Source of the DNA: Phoronis australis
Taxonomy: Eukaryota > Animalia > Phoronida
Reading direction: 5' to 3'
Length of the DNA stretch: 64,000 nt
Assembly (NCBI GenBank): GCA_002633005.1
Contig: NMRA01000214.1
Coordinates: 203,579-267,578, forward strand
Under the pieces are notes generated by a model. It ran no database searches, was not told the DNA's origin, and worked only from the letters and a program-made list of their open reading frames with translations. This document shows positions 1 to 13,367 of the stretch, piece after piece. The position numbers were made by a program, and so were the translations under genes. The stretch's first letter is position 1, and each line of letters starts with the position of its first letter.

Positions 1-3000
1 ATGCAGAGTTCAAAGTTGATCAACAAAATCATGCGCCAAAGGTTGATCAACACAAGACTAGAAAACCTGTGACGAAGTATAATGTGGCGACTTCCAGGCA
101 TCAGCGAAGTGTGGGGAGGAAGCAGGTACAAAGTTATGATATGGCCACTCGAAAAAAAACGGCAAATTCTACAAATAGGTGACTTTTCAAACAAGCTTCT
201 TATACACGGAAAATTCACATTGGGGAAAATGGATTCTTGAGCAAATAAAACTCTCAACGACACTACAGTGGTCCCAAGAACTGGAGAGCAACACTTGACA
301 AGGAGAATTATCTTACTCACCCCCTACCCACACTCCTAAGTAGAATCCACAGTGCGTTTGTAACATATTCCCCTCCTACAATGAGCCCTTGCACAAGTCT
401 CTGATAAAGAAAGATGCCAACCTCAAATTATTTGCAATTTCTCCACCTTGCATTGACGCCTGTATGTGACACCTGACTGTACTGGTAGGTCATTGAATAC
501 ATGGTTAATAGACAAAAGAGAATAGCATGACCCAAACCCTGGCTTAACAGATGACTAAAAACATGCAGTAACAGGAGCCCAGAACTCTGCAAACAATTAC
601 CCAGTCAATGCAGAGATTCAGAACACAGTGGCCCTAACACTTTTTCAGTGAAAAAGTGCACCGTTTATGCGGTTTTTATACAGTAAAATCTCACCAATTT
701 AGCCGCGACACAATAATGGCTAGCCTATGAACTTTTAATTTATCATTTCTTCCTTGGAAAACCTGAGGAACCAAATTAAATGTATTTCCATGCTCAGGAC
801 GTTCTGCCGTACCACACTTGCCATTACAAAAAGCTTTGAAAAATTGTGAGTATCCGCAAAAATAGAAGCCCTTGACAAATGAAATAATACAATTTCTGGC
901 AATTATTTTTGTCCGTAATTGGAGATTTTAACCTAATTTCATATAAAGTAACATATTGTCAAATTTCCTTTTTCGTACAGCGTTCCCCATAACCTGTTTT
1001 TACATGTCGCAGAGTTTGCCACGACCAGTTTGATTCACCGGCAAATACTTTGAAAAAACATTCAATACGTAAAGAGCTTGAATTCCCAGTAGCCATTTTG
1101 AAAATGTTTGTGAATTTCCGTAATTCCTAAGTTTTTGTAATGCAGAGCACTATTAAAACAAGGTAAGCTTTGTAGCACTGTAAGTAATCAATTTCTACCA
1201 AGATACCCTGGAATGCATTTTAGTAATTTTTTTATCAAAAATCCTCCCTGCACCACAAGGGGTCATACTACATGGTACAAAACATCTGAGGTATTAGGAT
1301 ACACCTTAAAGGTAAGTATGGGCAAACAAATGATAACAACAAACAACTATAGTCAAGCTGGAGAATTTAGGTATTAATCAAACAACAGATGTCTAGCTGA
1401 GTGGGGACTATGAAGTGCAGACAGCCTGAGTGTAGCCTTCATTGTACAAGAGGCGATCACCTGATGGATTGAAATTGAATACAACAATATCCTTGTTGCA
1501 TCAATCATTGCATTTTCTGACTAAGAGTAAGAGTAACAGGCGGTCATGTTGAGGTGATGACCTCGTGTTGATCAGAAATTGACTCACTGAAGATAAAAAC
1601 ATAAGGTACTTTTCCACATATTTCGCACATAAACGATCACCAATATTGTTAGTACTCCATTATTCAAAGCCTGATTACTTTACTCTTTCCTTCAAATGAT
1701 GAAAAATTTACCAAAAATTGATTGATGACATCTACAATGTATAAACCATGTTAGCAATAGACTTTAGTGTTTCTCAGTCTTTATCTATGTGGAAAAATTG
1801 ACAAAATTAGAATTTCTCTGCCGACCCTATTATGTGCTAAATATGTGAAGAGTAAAGGTATATAATATCAATCTGTGGCCAAACAGTGAAGTGTGAACAC
1901 CTACAAAGTAAGCAGTACTGCTGTCAGAACAAACATTAAGGAGTCATAAGATAAATTTTGTCCCACTTCTGTTGACAATCATGGCAAAGCTAGAATGTTG
2001 AATTATGGGTCAAAACTAGCCTCGAATTACTGGCCATTTTTAATTTAAAAAACTAATGAGCTTGAACAAACAATACAAAAGTATACAGTATTCGGTCACA
2101 AGTGTCCCGCAATTGTTTTACATTTTGGATCATGCCCTATGTTCAGTACTCTTGACATCAATTTAAGTGTGACAAAATTCTACCTTACTTATCTCTAAAA
2201 AGGTGTCATTGACCCCCACGACCTCAAACCTATGGGTCAATTCAGAGGTTACCTTAGTTTATATGCTTTGTCTATATATTCCAATTTTTAGCCAGCACCT
2301 TTCATGTGTGTGCTGTGTCTGCTTGTTGTTCCAGAACATTACAAGAAAATTCTGATCAGCTGATCTATCATTACCAATGTCCCCCTACAGTTTCAACTCC
2401 AGATGAAATCCGTTTCCACGATCAGATAAGCGAGTCCATTCTTGAGAATCTTTTGTTAGAGATCACAAGTCATGAACCAATCAAAACATCCCTCGGTAAA
2501 AAAACAAAAACAATTGGCTAATATTTAAGGTACGTATTTCTTTGGAAAAAAATCCAACATAACTTTTCAATTTTAGAAGTCAAACAGGGCCAAAAATGGC
2601 CAGTTTTTGTCTACATCAGTTCATTTTACTTCAGCCAGTACTTCATTGCCGTGAACTTATGCTAATTGACTGGTACCATATTATGTCAAAAACAATTGCT
2701 TTGCTCTATTATATGAAAAGAATCCTATATTGACACCCTCACCAGTCAAGATTGGGCAACTCGGCTGGTTAGCGTAACCTTGAGATTTGCTGGCACTGAC
2801 CAAAGACATCATGCTGCTGCAGTTAATTGCATCGCCTCAGGCTTTTAGTACGATTTACACTACAAAAGTTGACACAGATCAGCTGACACAGAACGAGATG
2901 ATCCAGCGCAAGTAGTGTGTAAACAGGACTGACAGGGAACAAACTGACACCACAGTGACAACTTTTATCACCTGTTTGAGAGGTAGAGCATTACTTGCGC

Positions 3001-3539
3001 CCAATCATCTTGCTCCGTGTCTACTACCGTCTAAACGCTGGCGCCAGACTGCAGCAAGGCTGAAGGGATTGTCTATATTGCGCTTGTGCAAAACACGCAC
3101 ATGTAATATGCAGGCAACCATTTTTGCGTTTGTCGTTCAGCTGTTCAGTGCCTTGTTTTCTAACTTTATCCTGATCACAATTAATTTTGAAAGGAAATTG
3201 TCAGGAGTATTACACATAGTTACCACTCAAGCCTGGGTTCAATTCAAATGCTTGGTTAGGTACAGTAGGCCTATTGATGAAAGTGTTAATCAGCTGGTCA
3301 CAAAAATCATTTTAGTATAACTCAATATGACGAATTATGTACACATGGGGGAATTAGAAACACTGAAACAAAAACAAAAACATCTTTGCACATAAGCACT
3401 CCACACTCCTGCCTACAACTTCCGCCTTGCCATCGTTTCTGAGCAGTTTTGCTACACCGAACATTTTGCGCCATGTCAGTTGCGCCATGTAAAAAGTTGA
3501 TCTCTAAACGGGACTTAACTGATGTCTAATTAACCAGAT

Positions 3540-3830
3540 CCATCACAAACATACTGGGGATGACAAATAGTATTTTTAAATCTTAGGTTTGAAAATCTTT
3601 TTAAATAACATATTTGAATGGTTCATGAAAAGTATAAGTGATCACATTTTGAATTTTAATAATCAGACAACAAATGACTTTTACAACCTAAAACTTTTGT
3701 ATAATCTTGCTGTATTATGTTCCTCATTAATTCTACGGGGAGTGCAACATAATTGGGCCAATTACCAAACCACCAGGCAGCAGTTGGATTTTTAGGTAAG
3801 CCAAGTTTCATCCTGCAATTCTTGGCATGG
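3540..3830. repeat. Dispersed repeat; inverted second copy at about 11477-11780
   Basis: CCTCATTAATTCT...GTGCAACATAAT...AATTACCAAACCA...ATTCTTGGCATG is the reverse complement of 11477-11590 with scattered substitutions. Confidence 0.7.
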
Positions 3831-4364
3831 AAAATTCAGCCCGTTTTCCAGCACCCTGTACTTGGGTCAATAGACTTGTACAAAAACCGCTGTGGTGAAG
3901 AGGCCAGTTTATCAGAAACACTGATCTAAGGTCCTCAGTGTTCACTAAAATTATCATGGATGATCACTTTGTCACACTGAATGTATTAAACTTGTATCTG
4001 ACAAGACTCAGTACACACATCGTGTAGCAGGGCATCTCTGTTGACATTGAATGACTATTTCTGTGCACAGAACAACCTATTATAAGCATAGAAAAAGTGC
4101 ATTTCTACACATGAAAAAATACGTACTCATTGAAGAACCCTAATAGCCACTTCATTAAACCACAGGAGTGTCCATACTATCTATTGTCAACAATGGATAA
4201 AAACATTACGCTGTTGCGCTGACAAACAATACACAAGATGAATTTATTTTCTAGACAATTTAGAATACAATCAAAATAGTTCAGAATAATTGTGTATACC
4301 ACGTACCTGCTAGGCTACAACTACCAGTGTCACTTTACCACGTACCTGCTAGGCTACAAGCCCA

Positions 4365-6095
4365 GCCGATTCCCTGAGTGCTGCTAGGTGGGGTGGTAGC
4401 CGCGCCAGCACGTAGGTATCACAAATTTTCCGAGGGAATTTTTTTTACACCGGCGTTTCTGATTGGCTAGTCAAATTCTCAACAGGCAGCGCTCTTCGCA
4501 AACAAACTGGCAGGACTGATGGATTGCAGTGTAAAAAAGTGGTCTGTTGGGCAGACAAATCGGTGTTTAAAATTTATGTTTATGATACTGTCTTGTATTC
4601 ACATAGTATGAATAACAAACACACTGTTAAATTGGCCAGATATGTGTTCATTGTACATGTACCTGCTTCAAGCACGCGGCTATTAAACATCACTGCAGAA
4701 ACAAAATAGTTGTTGCAACGCCACTTGCATGACAGAGCTAACAAGAGCAACGCGGAGCGCTGAAATGCGCCCACGAATGCATTGCAAATGGTGTGCTTTT
4801 AGGGTTATTTATTTGTATCATAAAAATGGCCACTAGATGGCGCAAAAACATACAATCCATTCAAAAACAGGACCATGCCATATTTCATAAAAATCTGTCA
4901 AGGAACTTAAGAGAAACAAAGGAAAACGGAATAAAATGAAATTGCCAATAGTGGGCACAGTGTCCGTTGGATCTGCCTGAAAGTCGTCATCGTCTGCTGT
5001 TATCTTCATATAAACACACTTAATAAATTTAGTAAAGATCCTGCAGTGGGTTTAGGAGATACAACTATGGGCGCGAAACAAAACTACCACTAGGAGGCAC
5101 CAGAGTAGTCAGTCACCATCATCAAAGATCATCTTCACACTGAGAACATATATGCCAATTTTCAAATGATTTGGTTGATACAGGGGTGGATACCAAAAAC
5201 AAGATTTGAAAACAGCAAAAAATGGCCACTAGGTAGTGCAAAATACCTCGACTCCATCCAAAAACAGGAAGATAGCGTCATCACACCAATAGATGCCTAT
5301 ATATAAAATTTTTTGAAAATCTGTTGAGGACCTTTGAAAATACTGAGTTAAACGTAAGAAAACTAACATCATGTAAATACACTTGCTAAATTAAGTAAAG
5401 ATCCTGCGAGCGATTTAGGAGATACAGCCATAGGCGCAACAAAAACAAAACTGCCGCTAGGAGGCACCACAGTACTCGAAATCATCGGAAAATCATTGTC
5501 AACCATCCTCTTTATAGTAAGCACATACATGCCAATTTTCACAATCATCCTTTGAGCGCTTTGGTTGATAGAGGGGTGGACGCAAAAAACAGACTCGAAA
5601 ACAGTAAAAATGGCCACTAGCTCGCGCAAACTAAGTCGAATCCATTCGAAAACAAAAGGATAGCGTCACCTCCCTAATAGGTGCCTACACACCGAATTTC
5701 ATGAAAATCCGTTCAGGACTTTTGAAGATACAAAGACAAGCGTAAAAACTAAAATTGCCACTAGGGGGCACACCGGTAGTCGGATCCGTCCGAAACTTCG
5801 CTCATGCCGTCCCATTCACGAATGGAATATATGTACCAAAGTCTATGAACGTAAGTCAAAGGGTTTTAGAGATAGAGCAGCGGACACCGGACGGACGCCG
5901 CCCGGACGGAGATGACGGCATAATGCGTCCACATATAAAATATGTGTGGGCGCCTAAAACTTGTTCACAGTCCTCCATTTTTTCACGGTGTTGTAAAGCT
6001 TACCAATGACTGCTGAGGTTACATCAACCAATGCTAAAGTGCGTGCCACTGCGGGATACCTGCGTGCTGGCTAGGCACATAGGGGACCAGCGAGA
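4365..6095. mobile_element. Degenerate TIR element, interrupted by the HINE-like element, inserted in a 39-bp minisatellite
   Basis: Inverted match CCAGCACGTAGGTATC (about 4405-4420) with GATACCTGCGTGCTGG (6055-6070). The unit CCAGTGTCACTTTACCACGTACCTG(C/A)TAGGCTACAAG occurs on both flanks (about 4297-4364 and 6100-6150). Confidence 0.45.
4740..5960 (+). mobile_element. Non-autonomous Helentron/HINE-like element with internal degenerate tandem repeats
   Basis: Starts AACAAGAG. Central 115-230-bp degenerate repeats anchored on AAAATGGCCACTAG, a GGAC microsatellite at about 5881-5910, and a 3' hairpin GCGTCCACATAT-AAA-ATATGTGTGGGCGC followed by CTAAAA. This is the layout of Pearl/DTC84-type HINEs. 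Confidence 0.65.
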
Positions 6096-9000
6096 CAACC
6101 CAGTGTCACTTTACCACGTACCTGATAGGCTACAAGCCCAGTCTCACTTTCGGGTTGTACTGCACTAAACAAAAACTCAGGTGTAAGCCTGCCCCAGTTA
6201 TGTTTTACATTAAAACTCTGCTTTTTAATGACCTAAACTAAAGTAAGTAACTTTAACGGGAAAATCCATCAGAGTTGGCAGTCCTATGTTACTTTGGTTC
6301 TCCCATAGTCTAGACTTTAGCTGACTAAAATCATAAAAAACAGGAAAACAATCACAATTTTCCCTCTGCAACAACGTTTCCCCAATAGCCAAAAGAAACA
6401 CCCCCCCACAAACACACAAACACCTGTAACACAACAGGAGAGACATGTCCATAGGATTAGTACCAGACACTACCAACATCTAAGTGGCACAATGATAATT
6501 AACTAGAAGAGTAATACCCATGCCTAAGGCTGAGTAGTCTACTTCACAAACAAATGAAAATATTAACCCAGCTACAATACAAGGAGATGGTGAGCAAGAA
6601 CATTTCAGAGATCCGTAGTGTTTTGAATTTACATCTCAAATCCCTAGCATGGTTTCTTCTCGCATTTACCATTGCGTTAAACAGTTTACCAGTTATACCT
6701 GGCTAACGAAAACGAGAATATTTTAACGAAACTTTAGCTGGGTCTAGTTTTATCAACAACTAGCAGTGATTATCAGATTTTGATGAAGCATTAATTACGT
6801 TTTCATACAATGTGAGTTGCTGTATTACATCATGTGACTTAATGATCAACAAATCCTAACAGTTTTGTCTAAACTGATGTTCCAACCCCCACCTGCAGCT
6901 ATCCCAGCAGACATTCTGGTTTAATGAACACTGAACAACCAGGACCACCAGCGGATGGTGGTACAATCCCCGGTGCTCATATTAGTATATTTATTTTCAT
7001 ATTCATTAATCTAGGTTATGAGTTGAGAGGGTCAATGTAAAATTACTCCAATTGATCTGTTCAAGAAAAATACCTGATGCTTCAATCAGTGGGCCAAGGA
7101 TCATATCTTAATCACAACCTTGGCTAAATGACAACCTTATCCACTGGGCAGCTGGAGAAACCAGACATAAGGTCAGACATTGTTGACTTATCTAAATCAT
7201 AGACCCATCAGACACAAGTTCTCAGACATTACCAATGGATAAGCTCATTTCAATGAGCTAAGAAAGAAAGGGTCCTTCTTAAAAGATATCTCAAATCACA
7301 TTCATAACAATTGGTTGCTTTTACACTTCACGTGTGTCTAGCAAAATGCTTCATCTTCATTTTCAGGGAACTTCAAATACGAATATACCCTGTAGTGAGA
7401 GAAAAAAATTTGACAGAACCATTTTGGAACCGCAGGACCATATAGACTTTTGTTTCTATTATCCGAGGTCAAAGGTTACAAGAATGTCATTGAAATGGAA
7501 TCTCCTGCTGGAGTCGGGCATAGAGCAATTTCGTATGTACCCTCAGTCCATTCATTCACTAAGTCACCATTATGCCATGGTAACTAGGTGTACATAGCAT
7601 AGAAGGATGGCGTGGAAAATGAAGATAAAATGTAGGGTTTATCCCGAGAGAGTTGTGCGTCAATATGCATAAGACCATTGAGAATCCAAGCACCAGTCCG
7701 AGTCGCTAGAACGATCTCTGACACTTAGTGTTCCCTAACACAGCAAGTTGTTAAAAAGATAAACCTGCCCTGAAATTCATTAATTTGGTCGGTAATTTAG
7801 CATAACGTTGTTTTGATCTCGTGCTCACAGTGCAGTTTAATCACAAATAGATTTCAATTGTTCGTTCCGTACTTGGTTTCTTGGTATCATTCTCCCCATA
7901 GTGTGGTGTGTATACAATGAACTGTTAGCCTACTTTCTGGTGACTCCGCCTTCTGACCTAGATAACACGAGGAACAGGAAACCCCACGTACAAAATTGAA
8001 ACGTTTCAGTTAAGTTAATTATACACTGCAAATTCTGTTGACATTGAGAGTGAATGTTAAAATAGAAAACTTGATTAAGGCATGTGTAGATTGACCAAAA
8101 ACAACGATGACGTGAATACAAAGTAGGCTGAAATTTTCCAAATATTTTTAAGTATGACTTTCGTGTAGAAAATGATCTGCCGCAAATCACACAACAGTGT
8201 CCATTAAGTATCATGACGTGATGGCAGTGGTGGTGGGGAATAACACCGCATGGTGCAGGCTATATGAGTCCACGAGATACGTCATTAGTGCAAAGGTCAC
8301 CTATTTTTGCAGAATTTTCACATTTACAAGTTGTCAATGAATACAACTGCACTTTGTTTAGCACAGATGATGTTAAAATAGCACTGCCAGTTTAGTTAAT
8401 GCTACACATTAGCATAGTTGGGAGCATATAAATGCATCTTTAAGTGGCTACCAACAGAATATGAGGCAAGCTCAAATGCGCTTTCATGAAACTGGCAACT
8501 CAGCTATACATACACAGTTTATCCTAACATCACATGACAGACGCTGTAACCTGACCAACACATATACCTCATGCTCCCAGTCAGGCACTGTTGCTATACT
8601 CACCAGTTATCATTGTCAGATACACACAATACTGAATCAAAAATCAGCCATCGAATTTCACAACTAACTATTTACCAGAATGCATAATTTTAACGCCTCA
8701 CTGTACAAATCACAGACATGGACACCATATTATTATTTCTGAATGGAAGGATAACTTCGTGGCGAGCTCCAGTATACTTTGACAGGGAGATTGGTTCATT
8801 ATCACATCTGTAATTTTGCAATTTCTGGTCCAAACCAGGTTTTCAAAACAAGAACATCCACAACAGGTTTCCAGAGCATCCGCGAGAGTGATTCTATGAC
8901 ACCAAGTCAAATAGCTGTTACTACCTGGTAATACCTAAAGTTTGGGCAGTCTCTAAAATTTCATGGGACACCGAAGTTCAAGCCAAATTATTTGGATTCT

Positions 9001-10295
9001 AAAGATTGGGAAGTGGGTGAGTTTGGCATTCAATATATTTCTCAAAATAACGTTTTAAATCAGCAGAGCCTCAAAACAGACTCGACAGTTCAGAACATCG
9101 TAGACACTAGCCGGCTAGGCAACGTTGTCATTCTGGAATTTGGGACAGTCAGTATTGTCTATTTCTAAAATTTGGTATAAGATCCAACCTTGAGCAAAAT
9201 GATGAAATTTCCGCTGCTCCAGATTGGAGAATTTTCACTATAAACTGCAGTGCTCAGTATGTAACTCCGGGAATACAAGTGTAACAAACATCACATCTTA
9301 ACTAACTTTCTTATTCTTGACAAGCCAATGAGCTCCAAGAGCTGCTGTTACCAAGTTTAAAAACACCAATGTTTCCTTGATTACTTTGCTGAACAGGGTT
9401 TTCTAGCTAGCGTATCAGGGTGTCAGAATGTCCATTGGAATATGCTTGACGCCTGCTAGACAAAAACCTGGATCAAACTGTTGGTACTTGCTATGATTAG
9501 GTAGACCCCCACCAAATACTACGAAAGTCTGAAATGATTAAAAGACACTGAAAGACACTTACTTTAAAGCACTGATGTATCACCATTCAGGGATTTCTGA
9601 TTATAACACTTCAAACTTTTAACTGATTGGAACGATTACAATTATGAACTAAGGTAGCAATTTGTATTTACACACTAACTGAGAATATGTGAGCCTCGGG
9701 GACTGGAGTATCACACAAGTCATCACTGTTACTGACATCTCAATAAATTGGCCTTTCTAGGCATAGCTGGCTCTTAGATGGGTAGGCAGCCCACCCTCCC
9801 CCTTTGCACACGGTCAAAAAATACCGCCAGTATGTCATTTTAGGTACAACATGAATACATTTCCCTCAACAACTGTGTTTGCGACATCTGAGATACACCT
9901 GTGGTAGGTCAGTGTTCTACGTGCACTAAAAACAACTTGTGTTAGCCAGATGGAGAACAGTTCAGATTTGTACCGTAACACTGGACAAAGTTTCAGCTAC
10001 ATATAGCTACTGCTGCAACGTCATCTGGCAAAAAGCATCTACACGTTATGAAAAACAAAAAGGTGTGACCACTACTGCAACGCAGGCGCGAGGTATTGGG
10101 CAACAGTAAAGTCTTTGGCTACACTAAAATCTCACCAGTTTAGGACACAATATGCCAGACAAGCCAAATTTTAATATTCACTTTTTGCATGAACCATAAG
10201 TAGCACAAAATGAAGGCTTTATCAGTTTTAACGTGTATAACACAGCTAACTCCTAACAATGCTTTGATAAACCCAGGGCATTCACAACAATGTTA

Positions 10296-10460
10296 GGAAC
10301 ATATATTAATAAAAACAATGAGGGATTTAAACCAGCTTGACATGTTTCAGTGTTTATTTAAACACCAACAAAGTAGCCACTGTTTTTTCTTCTGAGGATG
10401 GTGTTTCAATAAACCCTGAAACATGTCAAGCTGGTTGTCGTTTGTTTATTAACATATGCT
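10296..10460 (+). ncRNA. Minimal type I hammerhead ribozyme motif (Penelope-type) with an inverted partial copy upstream
   Basis: ctt-CTGAGGA (10392-10398)-TGGTGTTTCAATAAACCCT-GAAAC-ATGTC-aag gives the core boxes, stem II, palindromic stem III ACATGT, a GUC triplet and ctt/aag stem I. 10330-10367 is a near-perfect reverse complement of 10399-10436. Confidence 0.6.
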
Positions 10461-11038
10461 GCTACTTGCTATCATGAAAATGTGGAGTCTTTGAAAAATG
10501 AAAAAAAGAAAACACTCTCACAAACCACAATGACGTTCGAGCGACCCTGATTTTCCGTTTAGCTAACAATAAATTCCATATTGTAAATTACCAAATTCCG
10601 TTTTACATAATATCTTCCAATTTTAAGGAATTAAGATTTCAAAAATGACCTGGGAATCGCCATTTATCTTCTGCTGAATTAGGTCAGTATTCAGTTTTAC
10701 AGATAACTTACTGCATGCCATGTTTGTTTCTCAAAACCTTGTAAAAAAGCACCACCTTCAGAAAGAATGAAAAACTACTTGAACTTGTCCACTGCAAAAC
10801 GACTGCACTCTGATTTGTGACCATAATCGTGGAATTTGATGGATTTATATTCTTAATGTTTGGTAATTAAAACCAAAAATATCCGAATTACGTTATTTAC
10901 TACTGAAATGTCTGAATTTTGTTCAAACCATTTAATTTCATGAATGAAGTCAAATTGTACATGGCGTACTGACGAGACTTAAAAATGTTTGTGATATGCA
11001 TTAGCACGCCAGTTTAAGAGTTACACAATTATACATAC

Positions 11039-11180
11039 ACTCAGGAGTTCAAGGGCATGATGTCCACTACTAAGTCTGATTGGATTGCTGTGTTCGACCG
11101 GTGGTCCCGATGGCTCAGTGGACTAGTGTTTACACGGTTAGCAGGAAGTCCCAGGATCCAAGTCCCAGTTGGGGCACAAA
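11039..11180 (+). mobile_element. tRNA-derived SINE-like repeat (tRNA-like head about 11104-11176); related pieces at 15820-15921
   Basis: A-box TGGCTCAGTGG, degenerate B-box GGATCCAAGTCCC, and GTCCCGA/TTGGGGC acceptor-like pairing. Adjacent ACTCAGGAGTTCAAGGGC...ACTAAGTCTGATTGGATT recurs at 15874-15921. Confidence 0.55.
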
Positions 11181-12307
11181 TCTTTTCATATTCACCAGGT
11201 CACTAGATGTGGCCACAGGTGGCATACTGACCAAACTTAAAAATGTTTGTGAAGTTTAATTCTGTAAATTCCGTCCTTCTCCACTATTGCGGAAAATCAG
11301 GATCTCTAAAGTCCTCATAAACATACTTCATTTATCTGGAGCTGCAGTTTTTTTCTCATGTGCTGGAATTATGCTTACACAAACTCTCTTTTCACCAACT
11401 CCCAGTTGTAATGTATAGACAGGCCTCATACATCATACCAAGCACGTGCTACCAAAAGCGGCAAATTGTGCCTTTTGCATGCCAAGAATTGTAGGATGAT
11501 ACTTGGCCTACCAAAAAATCCAATGCTCCCTGCTGGTTTGGTAATTGGCCCATTATGTTGCACACCCCACAGAATTAATGAGGCACAGAATACTGACTGG
11601 ACTAGGCGTGAGCTATGGGCAACATTCGGTTAAAATTCACAGGCTTCAAGTCACATTTGTTGTCCGATTTTAAAAATTCAAAAACCAAACAACATCTCCT
11701 TTTATGAATGATTCAAATATGCCATTTAAAAACATTCAAATCGAAAATTTAAAAAAAAAATCCGTCGCCCCCAGTGGGTCTGATTATCTAAGAAGGATAA
11801 CATCATCAGCTTGAGGCAATTTAATTAACCACAACAGCATGAGGTCTTTTATCGGAATGGGCAATTCCTGAGGTAGGCAAACCGGTTGAGTTGTCCAACC
11901 TCGACCGTTTTTGTGTGTCAACGTAGGATTCTTGTCACATGTCAGTCGTAAAATGAAATGCGTGTTCTTAAGTACGGTGAATGTGCTGAAGAGCTTTAGC
12001 AATGTGAAAAGCGAACTTTCCAACACAAAGTCTCAGTGTTTCTTTCACAAAACTGCTATAGAGAAAAGACCTATAGAAACTACCGAGATAGGACACTCCG
12101 ATCAGGAGAGGGTGTTGTAGAGGCACGCTGACCACTCTGGTGGTTATTTCGCCCAGTCAGGCATCCATGTCTATGGTAGGTAAATGAAAGGATGCACCAG
12201 CTTTATCCCATAGTTGGTAGACAATCTCCAAGGCCCAACTCAAACTCATATTTGACAAGGGGTAGCAACCACCAAGGGACGGAGCAAAAACTAGTCAGAA
12301 ACTTTAA

Positions 12308-12638
12308 AGGATACCAAACCCGGTTTTGGCCTATCAACAGATATTTAAATTCTCTGAAACGAAATAATTTTCTATAACCCTCGACACTCTCAAAAGTTTG
12401 GAAGAACATTTGATACTCCTTTCGAAGTCTGCTAAATGTGTAAGCATGACCTATGCTTTTCGCGAATCAGAAGGCAACTGTGGGGAAAGACCACCCACAA
12501 AGGACTATAACATCCAATCTGTGACACAACCTTTAAGTCGATTCCTGCTTTTATGTTTAAAGATTGACGCCAATGATGCATTAGCAGGTGACCGAACGAG
12601 GATTGGCTGAAATCGTCAAAACAGGGTTTAGTACCCTT
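12308..12638. mobile_element. TTAA-flanked (Kolobok-like) non-autonomous DNA transposon. Other copies: about 17740-17912 (partial), 38112-38444, and 38555-39401 (inverted, split by a hAT-like MITE).
   Basis: TTAA|AGGATACCAAACCC...GGGTTTAGTACCCTT|TTAA termini. Internal blocks such as CTCAAAAGTTTGGA, GGCAACTGTGGGG-AAAGACCACCCA and CCAATGATGCATTAG are shared among copies. Confidence 0.65.
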
Positions 12639-12778
12639 TTAAATCCTAACAGTTTCCAGTTAGCCCTAGAAACCATTTCTATCAACCTTAGCTGGTCCTA
12701 ACACAATTTAGGGCAAGGCTATATATGTAACTGATTATGCACAACATAGAAACAAACATCAACACGAGGCAATCCTAC

Positions 12779-13367
12779 CTGCAGTTAGGAGGAGGATCAT
12801 CTGTGATTTCTGCCAACTCCTTTTGTATCCTGAAAGCAGACGGAGCATAGCTTAATTGGACGTCAAATCATATCAAAAGTCAATTGTCACATTGGCTGAT
12901 AGTGCAAACCAACATGGCGTATTCAACCCAAGTTAACAATTGAAAGTTATCAAACGTATTTCTAAAAGAAACACACAAAGTAAGTATTTCATTTTCAAGC
13001 AAAAGCTGCCTTAACTACTGAATGAAGTTTCCCAACAGTTAATTCTCAAACAGAATTCACGTCACCGAAGAAATAACACTTTTAAGCTTATATGCAAATG
13101 AGCTGAAATCAATCCCTGGCTTTGGTCTCGGAGAATTGATCATTTCCCAGAAGACTGAACGGTTTCAAGATTAGCAAATAGAATGTTTATTTAACAGCTT
13201 GAACTTCAGTTATTCAGACACTATTGGAAATCCAATAACCTTTTGAAACTTGTAGAGGAATTCTTATTCGTCTTTGCGACTGATTTCGTGCCACTTGGCC
13301 CCGGTTGATCTTCACGGCGTGACCGACCGTTCGCCCGTCCTTTCGCCGAGGAACTTGGACTTGCCAT
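12779..13367 (-). CDS. UBE2E: Ubiquitin-conjugating enzyme E2 E family (UBE2E1/2/3-like), 5' part only. Coding exons 13240-13367 and 12779-12829; later exons not found in the window (intron >12.7 kb).
   Basis: Spliced translation MASPSSSAKGRANGRSRREDQPGPSGTKSVAKTNKNSSTSFK-RIQKELAEITDDPPPNC matches the UBE2E signature KRIQKELAEITLDPPPNCS with an S/K-rich N-terminal extension. Boundaries are canonical (tttcag|G...AG|gtagg) and phases agree (2/2). An acceptor cag|act lies just before the ATG. Confidence 0.9.

Noticed and set aside
11104-11176. Functional tRNA gene
   Set aside because: B-box/T-loop is mutated (GGATCCA), the anticodon arm does not pair cleanly, and it is embedded in a dispersed repeat.
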